Shown here: piece after piece, positions 45,918 through 60,730 of the stretch
Position numbering within the stretch: the stretch's first letter is position 1
How the letters are laid out: the number at the start of each line of letters is the position of its first letter
From: Eledone cirrhosa
Taxonomy: Eukaryota
Reading direction: 5' to 3'
Assembly (NCBI GenBank): GCA_964016885.1
Contig: OZ024743.1
Coordinates: 269,328,001-269,392,000 of the forward strand
DNA length: 64,000 nt
Translations under genes and position numbers: made by a program
Notes under the pieces: generated by a model
Told to the model about the DNA's origin: nothing
Databases searched by the model: none
The model's input: only the letters and a program-made list of their open reading frames with translations

Positions 45918-46324
45918 GTTTCTACTTTTGGCACAAGGCCAGCAAATACCCAGTACATTACTGGTACTTTATTTTATCGACCCCGTAAGGATGAAAGGAA
46001 AAGTTAACCTCGACGGGATTTGAACTCAGACCGTAAAGGGACGTAACTATGCTGGAAATCATGGCGTCCGACCCACTACCGATACTGCCAATTCGGCACG
46101 TGGTTGAGTGGTTAGAGAATTGGATTCACAATCGTGAGGTTGTGAGTTCAATTCCCAGACCATGCGTTATGTCCTAGGGCAAGACACTTTATTTCACGTT
46201 GCTCCTTCTACCTGGAGTTGCGACCGATAGATTGTATTAGCAATTGGAAACATTTTTTCGTCGGTCCGGTTTGACCGGTTTGGATTATAGTAGGCGTATA
46301 TGCCTGCTTTAACTTGAATGAACC

Positions 46325-48040
46325 ATTAATCACTTGTTCCACATGGATGACCTGAAACTATTTAAAAAATGATGAACAATTGCAAGGGCTATTATCCACT
46401 GTGGAGCAGTTCAGTGATGATATTAAAATAGAGTTTGGACTAGATAAATGCGCCAAAGCCATGTTCGCCAGAGGAAAGCTGCTGATAAGTTCAGACATTA
46501 ATCTTGATCGGGGGAATATGATAAGAGAACTTGATCAAGATGAAACTTACCAATATCTAGGTGTTTGTGAAGGAGACGGAATCAAGCACTCGACAATGAG
46601 GGAAAGGATAAGGAAGGAATGTTACCGCAGAGTAAGAGCAATCTTAAGAACGGAATTGAATGCAAGGAATAGGATTGATGCCTTAAACACGCTTGTCATA
46701 CCAGTAGTAACTTACATATTCAATGTCATCAACTGGTCAAGCACAGAGATCCGTAGGCTCGATACAAAAATTAAAAAATTATTAACCATGCACAGAATGC
46801 ATCACCCTAATGCAGATACAGATAGAATATTACTCCCTAGGAAAGAAGGAGGACGTGGATTAATCCAGTTAGATATTGCTTTGAAATCTGCAACAATTGG
46901 ATTATCTACATATCTAAGGGAATCACATGACTGGATGATCAAACTCATTTTGAAACATGAAAGCATCAAAAGATCATACTCCATTACAAAAGATGCACAA
47001 AGATACAGTAATGGACTACAAATTTCAGAAGTTCCCTTTACTGCTGAAATGAAAAACACAGAAAAAGCAAAGCAGGTAAAAATAACTGCAAAGAAAGAAC
47101 TGCTACAGAAACTGGCTAAGAAATGGCAAGAAAAGCCTCTGTATGGAAAATACTCAGAAAGAGCTAACAATCCTGATGTTGACAAAACTTTAACCCATCA
47201 GTGGTTGGCATCCTCTGGACTGAAATCGGAGACTGAAGGACTGATTATATCAGCACAAGATCAGTGTCTGCCAACAAAAAATTATCAAGCCAACATAATA
47301 AAAAATGGATGCAACCCATTATGCCGTGTATGTAAAAAACAACCAGAGACCATTGATCATATTTCAATGTGCAGTCCTATAGCTCCAACCGAATACCTAA
47401 ACAGGCATGGCAGAGCTGCACAATACATACATTGGGTAATGTGTAAGCATTTTGACCTGCCCTATCAAAAGAATTGGTGGGAGCATCAACCACCTCCCGT
47501 ACTTGAAAAAAGATCACATCTCTATCTTGTGGAAATTTAGCATTCAAACAGACCGAAAAATAGATGCAAATAGACCTGATATAATACTGAAGGACTTTAA
47601 AAAGAGGGTATGCCTGCTAATTGATATGTCCGTTCCAATAGACAAGAATGCATTAATAAAAACATTTGAAAAATTGAGCAAGTATAAGGACATGGAGATA
47701 GAAATTGGAAAAATGTGGAAGTTAAGAACTAAAACAATACAAGTGGTTGTAGGCGCTCTAGGAATGATACCTAAGGGGTCTAATGATTACTTATCCCAAA
47801 TCCCAGGAAACCCGCGTATAGAAGAAATACAAAAGATAGTACTAATGGGAACTGCCCATATACTAAGGAAGATCCTGTCAATATAAATGCATCACAGTTC
47901 TAAACACCCAAAGATACATGTATGTGTGTATGTGTTCTTTCTTGAATATGGCGAACCTTGTTGTCTCTTGAGGTCACTGGTTGTGACTTGGAGATAACTC
48001 GTATGAATATAAAACAAGATAATTGAAATAATAATAATAA
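46325..48040 (+). mobile_element. 5'-truncated R4/Dong-type LINE: RT C-terminal half, CCHC finger, RLE, 3' UTR; frameshifted
   Basis: INHLFHMDDLKLF, FGLDKCA, YQYLGV, RKEGGRGL, CRVC..ETIDHI..C, RPDII..LIDMSVP..EK, VVGALG. Ends in (TAA)4. Confidence 0.93.
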
Positions 48041-49367
48041 AAAGGACGATGTAGTAGATCTTCATTACATTTATTGAGATGTGACGCGCGTTTCACGATT
48101 GGTCAGCTCAAGGTTCGATTTGATCGATTGGGTTCGACTATATATTTATATATACATATTCCTCCTTAGAACTTTCCAGTGACACAATTCAAAGAAGCAA
48201 TCATTACTTTCTTCAAATCAACGTGGCAGTCTTTATACAGTAGCTTAAACTATGTTTAATGCGTTTATGTATAAATACTAGAAGTTTTAGTCTCACTGAG
48301 AGTATTTTAAGCGGTGATCATATGTAAAGGTAGTAAATACATATATTTCAGAATCGTAATTGTTCGTCAGCACTCTCTCACATACAACCTGTCACCGAGG
48401 TTTGAAAGATAATGAAATCTAAGTAAAGGATACTCACTTTGAGAGAGAAAGCATCTCGAATCTGGTCTTTAAAGAACTGTCAAGATTAACAGTGCAATAT
48501 ACTGTCAAGTATCTACCAACCATAAACAAGATTGTTTGTACATGGAGTCAACGCAAAGATTCAACAACAGAAACGTTTAACTGTTTCATAGTTGTCCCTT
48601 CCTTCTTCTATTTTCTTATTTGTGCTTCTCTTGTCTTTGTCTTACTTTTCTTTTTTCTCTATTGTGTCTCTTACTTTTGTCTCTTAATTGTTAGGGATAT
48701 TATATACCTCTGCGTGTCTGTCGTGACTTACTAGCTTAATATGGTTGTTTAAATAAATAGATAAATAGATTTATTTGTTTATTGATTAAATAAATAAACA
48801 AATGAATAAATAAATAAATGAACATGATTATTTTCAAAATTATTTGAAAATAAGAGGCAGTATTTGTCATAGGAAATACGGTAACGAAAGGGTTAAAGAA
48901 TAAATGGCCTATTAGAATTTGGTTCCTTTCTAGCAAGTTAGTGACTAGAAACTTTTTTTAGTTAGTAGAGGGTTACCTGTCACACAGACCGGGGTAAGGT
49001 TAGACGACCAAATATAGAAATAGTATGCATCGTAGAAGTTCACGGTCTTCAGTAGACCCAGAGTAAAGAAGTAACCATGACAGTCAGGTCCTTCCTGAGG
49101 AATTTTGCAAAGTGAAAGAAGATTGCTCTCGGGCTCTGGGAAGTGGGACTGGGAGAAAAGAAAAGAGGTCCTCTTAAAATTCAAAGGGTCAGAAAGCTAT
49201 TTTTTGGAGAGTGAGTGTGGGTCACAGATATTAAATATTAAATAGGGCACACTACAGTATGGCTCTCATTTCTAGCAGGTTAACGACCGCGTAATGAGCC
49301 CTTTTTGAGGTCCGTGGAGAATTATCGAAGTAGTTAATTTAACTATCACCAATATCAATACGCCAAA

Positions 49368-49413
<46 letters not shown>

Positions 49414-49442
49414 AATCATGATGGATTCAATACACCAAATGT

Positions 49443-49516
<74 letters not shown>

Positions 49517-49695
49517 GGAAATCAAGATGGATTCAGTAAGAAACCAGTTAGACCATTACTCACCAGAGTACTCGATACTAGGGGTAGTAGAGTATAGTTA
49601 TAAGCAAGTCAGGACCCCGACGACTGAGCTCTTGCCGTTTCTAGCTGTTGAAACAGCAAGAGCTCAAACGTCGGGGTCCTGACTCATTCTTTACA
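49517..49695. mobile_element. Family B PLE/retrozyme-like fold-back copy (diverged)
   Basis: GTCAGGACCCCGACG..GAGCTCTTGCCGTTTC and GAAACAGCAAGAGCTC..CGTCGGGGTCCTGAC form inverted arms. Confidence 0.65.
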
Positions 49696-49852
49696 AATTC
49701 GTGCTTATACCGCGGTTTCCTTCCGGCAAATAAATAGTCATTAAATGATAATTAATTGATAAATTAAGACGCCGTAAACTAATAAGTAAGCAATGTCTTA
49801 AAAAATTCCCTATGGATTTTACAAGAAAATTCAAGTGAAATACCTTGTGTTG

Positions 49853-49901
<49 letters not shown>

Positions 49902-49902
49902 T

Positions 49903-49953
<51 letters not shown>

Positions 49954-49954
49954 A

Positions 49955-50003
49955 CTATGTATGTATACGTACATACATATATGTATACAGACGTACAGTA
50001 GCA

Positions 50004-50047
<44 letters not shown>

Positions 50048-50434
50048 CAGGTACACATACATATATGTACGTATCAGTTTAGCGGACGCTTATTATAACG
50101 CCCGCTTTGTTCGTTTGTAAACAAACTGAACAGCCTGAATTTATGCCGTACGGTGTTAAGGCAACCACGTCACCTTTTTGTTCAACACTGACACAGGAAC
50201 GATGTACTAGTTTCAAGCTTGTTAGCTATCATCAGCACCGTATACCCTTCTGCCAGATGGTTGAACGTTCGAAAGTATATACTTTCCTTATGAAAATTAA
50301 CGGCTGAGCAGCCTAATTTGCATATCGAGTGAGTTCTGTATACATATATGTATGTACGTATACATACATACTTACATTTAAGTAAGTGCCGTACTAAGAG
50401 TGAGAAATGAAATTTCGTTTTCATTTTATTACAA

Positions 50435-50435
<1 letters not shown>
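49955..50435 (-). mobile_element. Retrozyme/PLE-like family A copy with an inverted segment (50335-50430)
   Basis: Homologous to 62750-63530. Confidence 0.8.
50199..50241 (-). ncRNA. Minimal type I hammerhead ribozyme (family A)
   Basis: ACGGTG-CTGATGA-T.AGCT.AACA.AGCT.T-GAAA-CTAG-TA/CATCGT. Stem I keeps pairing through a G-U wobble. Confidence 0.8.
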
Positions 50436-50521
<86 letters not shown>

Positions 50522-52518
50522 ATATACATATATATGTGTGTGTGTCTGTGTGAAAAGTTTTACGGAAAAATAACAGACGATGAGGTTCAATGCAGATATA
50601 TATTAGTATCATGCTTAATGTAATATGAATAGTCTTAACATATCGGACGCTAGTCCTTCATCAGAAGAAATAGAAAGATAGGGAAGAGTGAGCAGGGGCG
50701 GAGACAGAAAATCATTTTTTCGATGAAAAGCAGGTTTGTTTATTTCGCCATCTCTGACTGTAACCCTTTAAAATTTGAGCACACAAATATACACACATAT
50801 AGACACAATCTCAGTCATCTCGCTACATTGGGGAAGGGGGCGGGGTTAAGGGGTGAATGCTCTGGGTCAACCTCATCAAACAGGCCCCTCTTCTCCAAAC
50901 AGAGCCCCTTCTTTGAGCTGGGCCCCACATCAAACAGTGTTCCTGCTATTTTTAAAGAACAGAGCCCTGATCATAAACATATTTTTATCTTTTAGAGAGC
51001 ATGTTTTTAAAAATGTAATTGTTACTTTTGTGCCAATTTATCAAAGTTTCTTTACTTTTGCGACACCAGTCGGTGAAAGTAGCGAGGGAAGTGCAGTATA
51101 TGGTGTATATTTACGCATGTGTATGAGTGCATGTATAGTTTTATCAATGATTGTGCTTGATGTGTATATTTATTTATGTGTGTGTGTATACAATAATCAT
51201 TCCTTTGCTAACTCCCTTATTTGACCTGAGTTCAAATCTTGCCTTTCATCCTTACGGGGTCGATAAAATAAAGTACCAGTAATGTACTGAGTAATTGCTG
51301 GCCTTGTGTCAAAACTAGAAACAATTATTTGACCTGATAAAATGGTAGAAAATACTAATGTATTTGACGAAATTCAAATCGTTTCTTTTTTATTCAATCC
51401 CCACTGTCTTTCTTTCTTTGTTTACGGGTTTTTCTGAAATATGCATACATATTTATAAACACATATGTGTATGTGTGCGTGTGCGTATGTGTGTGTGTTA
51501 TTATATGAGGGGCCCACGAAACCAAGATCTAAATCCGGTCTTGCTTTCAAATGAGAAACTCCTGGATTCTAACCCAACAATAGTCTCTTTAAACAGTTAT
51601 TTATCCAATTTTTACTTATACATTTAATCCTGTATGTCATTTGTTCAATTATTTCATAGAAATTAGTTATCAAAATATAATTCTTATCTTTAATCACACA
51701 TAAGTGACACGCAAATTTCCCAGTTTGTATGACTTTTTATAAATCCGATAATCCTGCTATGTATGGCATACCAATCCTGAACTACAACAATTAAATGTGT
51801 TTAATACGATTGCCGTTATTATTCACGACACTGATGCAATAGTAATTATTAGATGACCCGGTTTCGATTCTTGGCTGCTTGGCAGGAACACGATTGATGT
51901 AGCGCTTATAATACACGATCACATTGAATTTCTCTAGCTTTTCTCATTAATGTAACGACAAATCAACGAAAGAACCTTCTTTCTTTCTTGGTATGGGCCC
52001 GTAACTCCTGAGGAGTCGTAGGGGTGCCATATTGACATACAGTGTTTCTAGGTCATTTTTAAAACCTGGTGGAGCCCATCTCCTCTCCAGGCCTGAATAC
52101 AGTAGATTTCTTCCAGAGAAGGATAGAGCGAGAGAAAGGAAGTGAGAAAGAGATATAGAGGAAGAATCGACCCCAGTATTTGATGGTACTTTCTTTATCG
52201 ACCTTGAATGGATGAAAGGCAAAGTTGAACTCGGCGGGATTTGAACTCAGAGAGCAGAGAGCCGAAATAAATACTACAAACTATTCTATCCGACGTTCTA
52301 ACGAGTCTGAAAGAGCCTACATGTGCAGCCAAATCTCCCTCAAATCACTGCGTACTGTCTTTTAGGAAAAAGTGAAAGAAGACATCAGATAATCTAGTCC
52401 TAGATTCACTTAAACACGAAATGGGCTAGTCTCAGTTGAAATAACATTTTCAAAGGTCTGCTCGACGTGTGTTGACATGGGAGTTAAACAGCAACAACAG
52501 CAAAACTACTACTACTAT

Positions 52519-52575
<57 letters not shown>

Positions 52576-53069
52576 CATGTGTATATGTGTGTGTAAGAGT
52601 GCGTCAGTGTCTGTATGTGTATGTGTATGTGTGTATATGTGCGTATATGTGTGTGTGCGTCTGTGTATATGCTTGTAAGTGTGTATGTGTGTGTGAGTAC
52701 TTGTGTGTCTGGGTGTATGAGTGCATGCGTGTGTGCGCGCGTGTGTGTGTGTGTGTCTTTGTGTGTATGTGATGTACCACCATCGGTTAGGACAATGGGT
52801 GTTCCAGTTGTTTAGACATCAGAATAGTCTACCCATGAAATTAACGAGCAAGTGGATGAGTATTCCACAGACACAAAGTTCTTTAACGAAGTTCTCAGGG
52901 AGATTCAGGGTAACACTTTGTGTGACAGAGCTGTGCCTTTAAATTACAGGTACAAATCAACTTTGCCAGCAGAATAGACTGTTGCAAAGCGAAATAAGTT
53001 TCTTGCTCAAAGACACAGCGTGCCACCGGGAATCGAATTTACGAGTTTACGAATTTTAACACCTTAACC

Positions 53070-53635
53070 CAGAGGCACTCAAACTTTTGAGGCACCAACC
53101 TACATACAAATTGTAAATAATATATAATAAATAAAATCGTTAATTTATATATAATAAATAATTGTTTCGACTTTTGGCACGAGGCCAATAATTATCGCAG
53201 TGCATTACAGGTACTTTATTCTATCGACCCCGTAAGGATGAAAGGCAAAGTTAACCTTGGCAGGGCTATATATTATATATAATAAATAATTGTTTCTAAT
53301 TTTGGCACAAAGCTAGCAAGGAAAATTGCTGGCACAAGGCCAGCAAATATCCCAGTGTATTACTGGTACTTTATTTTATCGACCCCGTAAAGATGAAAGG
53401 CAAAGTTAACCTCGGCGGGATTTGAACTCAGATCATTATATATAATAAATAATATAATATATATACAATGAATAAATAAAGATTATATATTTTTATATAT
53501 AATATGTATGATTTGATATTTAACATACTATTATATCATCTCTACTGCCCCCACACCCTCCCCTGAGGCCCATGTGCCCTCCTAGACCTTCTCAATGCCT
53601 CCAGGGGGTGGCAGCGCCCACTTGAAGAACTTCTG
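53070..53635. mobile_element. Possible old hAT-type MITE interrupted by SINE copies
   Basis: Imperfect TIR-like ends CAGAGGCACTCAAAC and CTTGAAGAACTTCTG. Confidence 0.3.
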
Positions 53636-53899
53636 CCATAACCACTAAACTAAGCGTCTTCACACACAGAACCACGCACACACCCACAGAGACACGCACA
53701 CACGCACTCACACACACGCGCGCGCGCGCGCGCGCACACACACACACACACACACATACACACACGTAGACACAGGCACGGAAGTATGGACGGTAGAGCA
53801 TCGTGTCCAGTCTGCTTCTTTAAGAGTACATTATCTTATTAAAACACATTATTAACCCAATACCCCTTAATGCCGTTTCGTTGCTGATAATGGTTTTCA

Positions 53900-53981
53900 C
53901 TGTTGCATTGGTTGTTGATGTTGTTGTTGTTGTTAGTGGTGTTGCTGTTGTTGTTGTTGTTGTTGTTGTTAGTGGTGTTGC

Positions 53982-54012
<31 letters not shown>

Positions 54013-54319
54013 AGTGGTGTTGCTATTGTTGTTGTTGTTGTTGTTGTTGTCAGTGGTGTTGTTGTTAGTGGTGTTGTTGTTGTTGTTAGTGGTGTTGTTG
54101 TTAGTGGTGTTGTTGTTGTTGTTAGTGGTGTTGCTGTTGTTGTTGTTGTTAGTGGTGTTGCTATTGTTGTTGTTGTTGTTGTTGTTGTTAGTGGTGTTGT
54201 TGTTGTTGTTAGTGGTGTTGCTGTTGATGTTGTTGATGTTGTTGATGTTGTTGTTGCTGTTGATGTTGTTGATGTTGTTGATGTTGTTGTTGTTGTTGTT
54301 GTTTTTTTGTTGCTGTTGA

Positions 54320-54353
<34 letters not shown>

Positions 54354-54454
54354 ATTGTTGATATTGTTGATGTTGTTGTTGTTGCTGTTGTTGTTGTTGC
54401 TGCTGCTGTTGTTCTTGCTGTTGATGTTGTTGTTCTTTCTGTTGTTCTTGTTGC

Positions 54455-54497
<43 letters not shown>

Positions 54498-54500
54498 GCT
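53900..54500. repeat. Degenerate (GTT)n repeat; similar tracts at 56690-57130 and 60970-62100
   Basis: Directly visible. Confidence 0.93.
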
Positions 54501-55086
54501 ACGTGTCACCTTCCTATTCCCCTCCTTTATATACGTTCTTTTCCTTCTTTTATGAGATACGCCTCCAAACGCACACATACACACACACGCACACACACGC
54601 ACACAAACACACACACACACACACATACACATACACACAGACATGCACATGCATACACACACACATTCACACACACACATATATGTTTAATGCATAAGTA
54701 CATACAAGCAAACATACACACGTATACACACACACACACAAACACACATATATACAAACATCCCCCCCCCTCACTCTCGATGTATATATATATATACACA
54801 AGTCAACACACAATCACAGTCGAAAATATACAGATAGGCTTATGGAGAGGGAGATACGTATCAACATATAGAGACATAGGCTCAAGCACGCACACACACA
54901 CACATATTCACACAAATAAACATGCACGCATATGGACGCATATACACATACATACACCCACATGTTTATTCACAAACAAACATACATATGCAAGTGTTTA
55001 CACCATCCCACCCCATATATATATATATATATTATATATATTATATATATTATATATATTATATATATTATATATATTATATATAT

Positions 55087-55198
<112 letters not shown>

Positions 55199-55464
55199 TA
55201 CACCCAATAGCGATATTTCCCACGGATCAGCTTCATATTTCAATTCCTTACATTCTTGGGAAGTTAACAATTGTTATATTTAGAATCTCTGAAATGGCAG
55301 CAGCAAAATAGTTGTATATATGTGTATGTCTGTATACGTAATAGTATATATATATATATATATATGTATGTATGAATGTGTGTATATATATAAATATATA
55401 TATATATATGTATGTATGAATGTGTGTATATATATAAATATATATATATATACGTATGTATGAA

Positions 55465-55498
<34 letters not shown>

Positions 55499-55589
55499 GT
55501 AATAATAATAAATGTGAAGACTAAAATCCAAAGAGGGCTCGATACGGATAAATATATATCAAATATATAAGAACTGTAGAGCAAATATT

Positions 55590-55729
55590 TATTAAATAAC
55601 AGATTAAAGTTTAAGCAAAAATCGCTGCTTTCACCCTTAACGGGATCTTCTGAAACTCTTTCGAGTTTCAGAAGATCCTGTTAAGGGTGAAAGCAGCGAT
55701 TCTTTGCTTAAACTTTAATCTGTTATTTA

Positions 55730-55732
<3 letters not shown>
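55590..55732. mobile_element. Fold-back element (family F): about 69-bp arms and a 4-nt loop; single arms also at 20086-20202 and 20906-21022
   Basis: TATTAAATAACAGATTAAAGTTTAAGCAAA..CTTCTGAAACTC-TTTC-GAGTTTCAGAAG..CTGTTATTTAATA. Confidence 0.8.
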
Positions 55733-55775
<43 letters not shown>

Positions 55776-55781
55776 GTATGA

Positions 55782-55858
<77 letters not shown>

Positions 55859-55873
55859 CGTATGTATGTATGA

Positions 55874-56003
<130 letters not shown>

Positions 56004-56046
56004 GTATATATGTATGAATGTGTATATATATATGTATGAATGTGTG

Positions 56047-56096
<50 letters not shown>

Positions 56097-57656
56097 TGAT
56101 AGAGACAGTGAGCTCGAGAGTGAAAGCGCATGACGTAATGTTTAATGTGTTTGTTACAAGATCGTCAAGTCACCGTATTCCACGTTGTTTCTATCCACTC
56201 AGCTGCAAACTATGAGATGTAATTCAGACGACTAGCCTTATTACACACTCTGTGACTGTGACTCTCCCTGAGAATTACAGTAAAATGTCTATCGAACCCT
56301 CAGCCACTTGAACCAGACCTGCCAGCCTCTAAAAATCCAAACGGGGAGTACCATGAAACAAAGTGCCTCCAAACGGGAAGAAATTGATGGGGTTGTTGGC
56401 ATAGGTGTTGTTTCTGTTGTTGTTGCTGTTGTTGTTGTCGTTGTTGGCATTGTTGTTGCTGTTGCTAGGTCGGTGAATTGGCAGAATCGGTAGAGCGTCG
56501 GGGACCCTGTTTCGTGGCATAGATTTACGGTTCTTTACATTCTAATTTCAAATCCCACCGAGGTTAGTTTTGCCTTTCCTCCTTACAAGGTCGATAAAAT
56601 AAAGTACCAGTAACACACTGGAGTCGATTTAATCGATTTTCCCCTCCCCCCAAATTGATGGTCTTGTTCCTATATCAGAAACCGTTGTTGTTGCTATTGT
56701 TGCTACTTTTTGTTTTGCTGCTAATGTTGTTGTTGTTGTTGTTGTTGTTGTTGTAGACGTATGTGTTGTTGCTGTTGCTGTTGTGGTAATAGTGTTGTTT
56801 TAGTAGTTGCTGTTGCCGTTTGTATTGTTGTTTTAGATATGGTTGCTAATGTTGTTATTGTTGTTGTAGCTGTTGGTGTTGATGTGGTTGTTGTTGTTGT
56901 TTGTGTGGGTGTTATTGTTGCTCTCATGGTTGTTGCTGTTGTTGCTGCTACTGCTGCTGCCACTGTTGTCGTTGTTAGTAGTGTGGCTATTGCTGTTATT
57001 GTTGTTGTCGGTGTTGATGTTATTATTATTTGTAGTATTTTTTTGTTGCTGCTTATTGTTGTTATTGTTTTAGTTGTTGTTGTTGATGTTGCCTTATTTT
57101 GTTGTGTTTCTTCGTGTTGTTTTCATTGTCGTTGTTTAGCTTTAGCTCAGGAGCAATAAAGCAAATCTTTTGTCCAATCTGTTCCAGCCGTGTCAATCCC
57201 ACCTTTTCTGTCATATCAAACACATATCAACGACGAACATTCAGTTGTTCGATGAACTGAGAAGTAACGTGTTAGTTCTTGAATATTCCTCAAACACGCT
57301 TGCTCTTAATGTAATCTCCATGCCGAGCCGGCGTGACAGAACATGAGACACTGTTAGGCTTTTGAATTACAGCTACAATTTCTAACGAACTTCTACACAG
57401 CTTCAGTCCACCCTTACCCGAAATATCTCAAAGTGGATTCGAACCTGGGACCCCATGATTACTGAGCGAAACTCTTAACCACAGAGACATGCATAGTGGG
57501 TCAACAACCATATTACCCAACATTCTATTTTTTAAGACGGTAGAATTGGTTTTAGGTGAAGATTTGATTGCTATTTCTAGCAAGTCAAAAGAAGATTGCA
57601 TTAGCTGCAGCAACTTTTGTGTATGTAATTGTTAAGGTCATTTTAGTTCCAGCGCA

Positions 57657-57702
<46 letters not shown>

Positions 57703-57705
<3 letters not shown>

Positions 57706-57841
57706 CGAAGGAAATGTGGTAAGGAACCAGGTGGACCATAACGCACCAAAGTACTCAATACTTAGGGTAGTAGAGTGGGTAATAGGAACGAGTAGGACCC
57801 CGACGGCTGAGCTCAGCCGTCGGGGTCCTACTCGTTCCTAT
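57703..57841. mobile_element. Family B copy in (TA)n ending in a perfect 60-bp palindrome
   Basis: Reverse complement of 10787-10875 plus the palindrome at 57782-57841. Confidence 0.75.
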
Positions 57842-58566
57842 ATATATATATATACACACACATATACATATACAAATATAAATTAGCGAGAATCGTATTT
57901 CGGCTATTGGAAATTAGCGAAAAACAACTTCCGAAATGTGTGGCAAGCGCTCAATGAATTCTAACGAACCAGAGCTACAACATACGTTAAAAGGCCAAAC
58001 ACACTGAGACGATGGTTAAACCATTATCCGCACAGCCATAGAAACGACCAAGTAATTCGGGTCAAACAAATAAAAAACTGTGATTGAAAAATTTACACGG
58101 ACCCCTGGATGGTTGGTAAAATCCAGCATTTGGGTTTCTGCGACTCCTAAATCAAGTACTGTCCGTTAGACAAATAATGTTAAGCTTTTGGTAAGATGAT
58201 TGAACGAGGACGTCACTTTCTCAACAGGTTTTAGTTCAAGTGCCAGGCCAAGGATTGACCGTTACCAATACCCACGTGGGGCTCGGCAAGGGAGGCAACC
58301 CTTATTTTTGGCGGAAGAATTCAGTGTGTAATATTACAAAATTGCAAAATATCACAAAACGAATTAAGTTCTCAACAGAATGGTTTTAAAGTTAACAAAA
58401 ACTATTCATCAGTCAATAGAATTAACTAAAAAAATCAAGAAAATTAACTGGTCAATAGCTAGACTCTATCTATCTATCTATCTATCCATCTATCTATCTA
58501 TCCATCTATCTATCTATCTATATATCTATATATATATATATATATAGTTTTGCGAGGTTTTACGGT

Positions 58567-59125
58567 AACATAGACAACATAGAAATTAGAATAATATCTA
58601 AACATAGAAATGACCCAGCAGATAGGCAAATCAGAGAGGCCAGTGAAATAGAACTTAGAAGACCAAGACTAAACAGAAAGAATGAATGGAATAACAACAA
58701 CACCCAAACAAACAACACTGACCTAAGAGAAGTATAAATAAGTAAATAAAATAAAATAAAATAAATAAATAAATACATACATACACAAGCACAATAACAA
58801 CAAACACATAAACACACATTAGTCACCCAATCACGAACACACATCACACATCAAACCAAACAATATACACACACGAAAACGCATGCGCAAAGAAGACAAA
58901 ATAAAATAAACAAACAAGCAAATAAATAAATAAATATATAGACAGACTGAATAAAAATGGCGTAGCCATACCATTCAACAGGAGGAAACAATAGCACCAC
59001 TGATGATGTTGCAGATGTGCAACGAAAGATTTATGATAAACTATATATATGTGTTTGTGTCTATATTGTATCTGTATTATTTTTGACCGTCGGTCAGTCA
59101 ATGGCAACATTGAGGACCGAGTATA
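58567..59125 (+). mobile_element. 5'-truncated Penelope-like element (family G): GIY-YIG C-terminus plus 3' region with a decayed HHR
   Basis: 58567-58737 reads NIEIRIISKHRNDPADRQIREASEIELRRPRLNRKNEW (R.I.EA..I....P.LN motif). CTGATGA-T-GTTGCA-GATG-TGCAAC-GAAA at 59000-59027. Confidence 0.75.
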
Positions 59126-59238
59126 TTAGATTACCGATATAAAAGACACAGAAGCGAAAAGCGAAAACCAACCAAACCGTGAGTGTGTTCTGTTATTAAT
59201 TCTGGCAATATTACACAAATATGACCCTCCCCAAGTAT

Positions 59239-59292
<54 letters not shown>

Positions 59293-59624
59293 CCTTACGT
59301 ACACACAAAATTGTATATTTTTTAACTGCTATGAATTAATGTTCTGTCTTTCGTCTCTCACTCCTTTGGACACCGTTTGGCTTATACCAGACGCTGTTAC
59401 CCCTAATGGCCCAGCACTACCGTTGGTAGGAGTGTAAACTGCCCAAGTCCATTTCAACGATGACCATGGAGTTCTGTCTCCTTCGTTTGTATATTTATTT
59501 TAAAAAAATAATTTTTAGGGTTTCTCCTTAAAAGAATTGTTTTTCCTTTTGTTTTGTTTTCGTTCGTTGTCTTGCCCGTTCTTTGTTAATTTTCTTAAGT
59601 TTATATATATATATATATATATGA

Positions 59625-60730
59625 CCCCCCCCCCCCCCCACCACTAATTATACTTAAACCCACCCTACTACACACACACCAGTATATCACACTCACTCAT
59701 ACTGTACCCAGCACCTTCTCTATCTCCCCCCGACTACCACCCCACACATCCTATTTACACCTCCACTAATATACACACCATCCCCACACACACCACCACC
59801 CTCTCCCTTTACTTTTCACACTAATCCACCTCCTCTCCTGTCCACCGTACCTCTGCACACACATACAGGTCACACCTGCCAAATACCACTTGCCTGTCTG
59901 TCACCCTCTTAACTGTTATCTCCTCTCTCTCGCATCCTTCACCCCCTGCCTTGACCTTCTTGACCACTTCCTGTTGCGCGCGCGCCCTACAACTTTCTAC
60001 TTCCTTTCACCAATTCCACGGATCCTACACCACTGGTCACACGCTCTGGACATCCACCTTTTTATACCCGCATTTTTTCATCATCTGTCCATACACTCAC
60101 CGGGAAAACATTCAGGAACACACACACAAACACACACACACACACACTTATACTATTTTCGCACACACCCAACCATACATTCCCACGTATCCACACCACA
60201 CAAAAACATACACACACGTGCGCACCCTCACATACACCTACTCAGCCTCCGAACTCCACACGCCCCCTCTCCGACCCCTATCCATCCACACGCCACACAC
60301 TGACCTACACCCCACCCCATGTACACACTGGTTTTCCTATTACCCGAACATGGAACCTCCTTCCTCAAACTCTGACACTCACATCCACACATACACACAC
60401 ACGTACAACTACACGCATACACACACACCACCTTCCGCCCTCCCTGTTCGGACCCACTGTTCCCTTCTCCCCTCTCCCCCTGCACCCACCACCACCTCTA
60501 CACACCTCACACCCTTCCACCACTTGTTTTCCTTTTAATTTTTTCCTTCCTTTTAATTTTCCCCTCCATTTTAATGTCTTTCCACCACTCCCCCTGACAC
60601 CACTCCCACTTTTCTCCTGATGAAGGGCTTATGCCCGAAACGTCATGCCCCACCCCACACTCTCAAGCGTGAGCCTAATAGCACACTGTTTGTACTGCAC
60701 TCTTTGTTATTGTTATTGTTTTTTTGTTTT
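59625..60730 (+). mobile_element. Diverged second copy of the PLE family D C/A-rich 3' region with HHR core
   Basis: Shares TGACCACTTCCTGTTGCGCGCGC (23681 and 59961) and terminal CTGATGA-AGGGC-TTAT-GCCC-GAAACGTC (60617-60644). Confidence 0.75.

Noticed and set aside
46095-46165. tRNA-like sequence with A and B boxes
   Set aside because: It continues into a SINE body (TGTCCTAGGGCAAGACACTT) and the cloverleaf is imperfect, so it is a SINE head rather than a tRNA gene.
53820-54680. Thr-rich mucin-like ORFs here and at 61243-61911
   Set aside because: Translations of degenerate (GTT/AAC)n repeats with no signal peptide or splice support.
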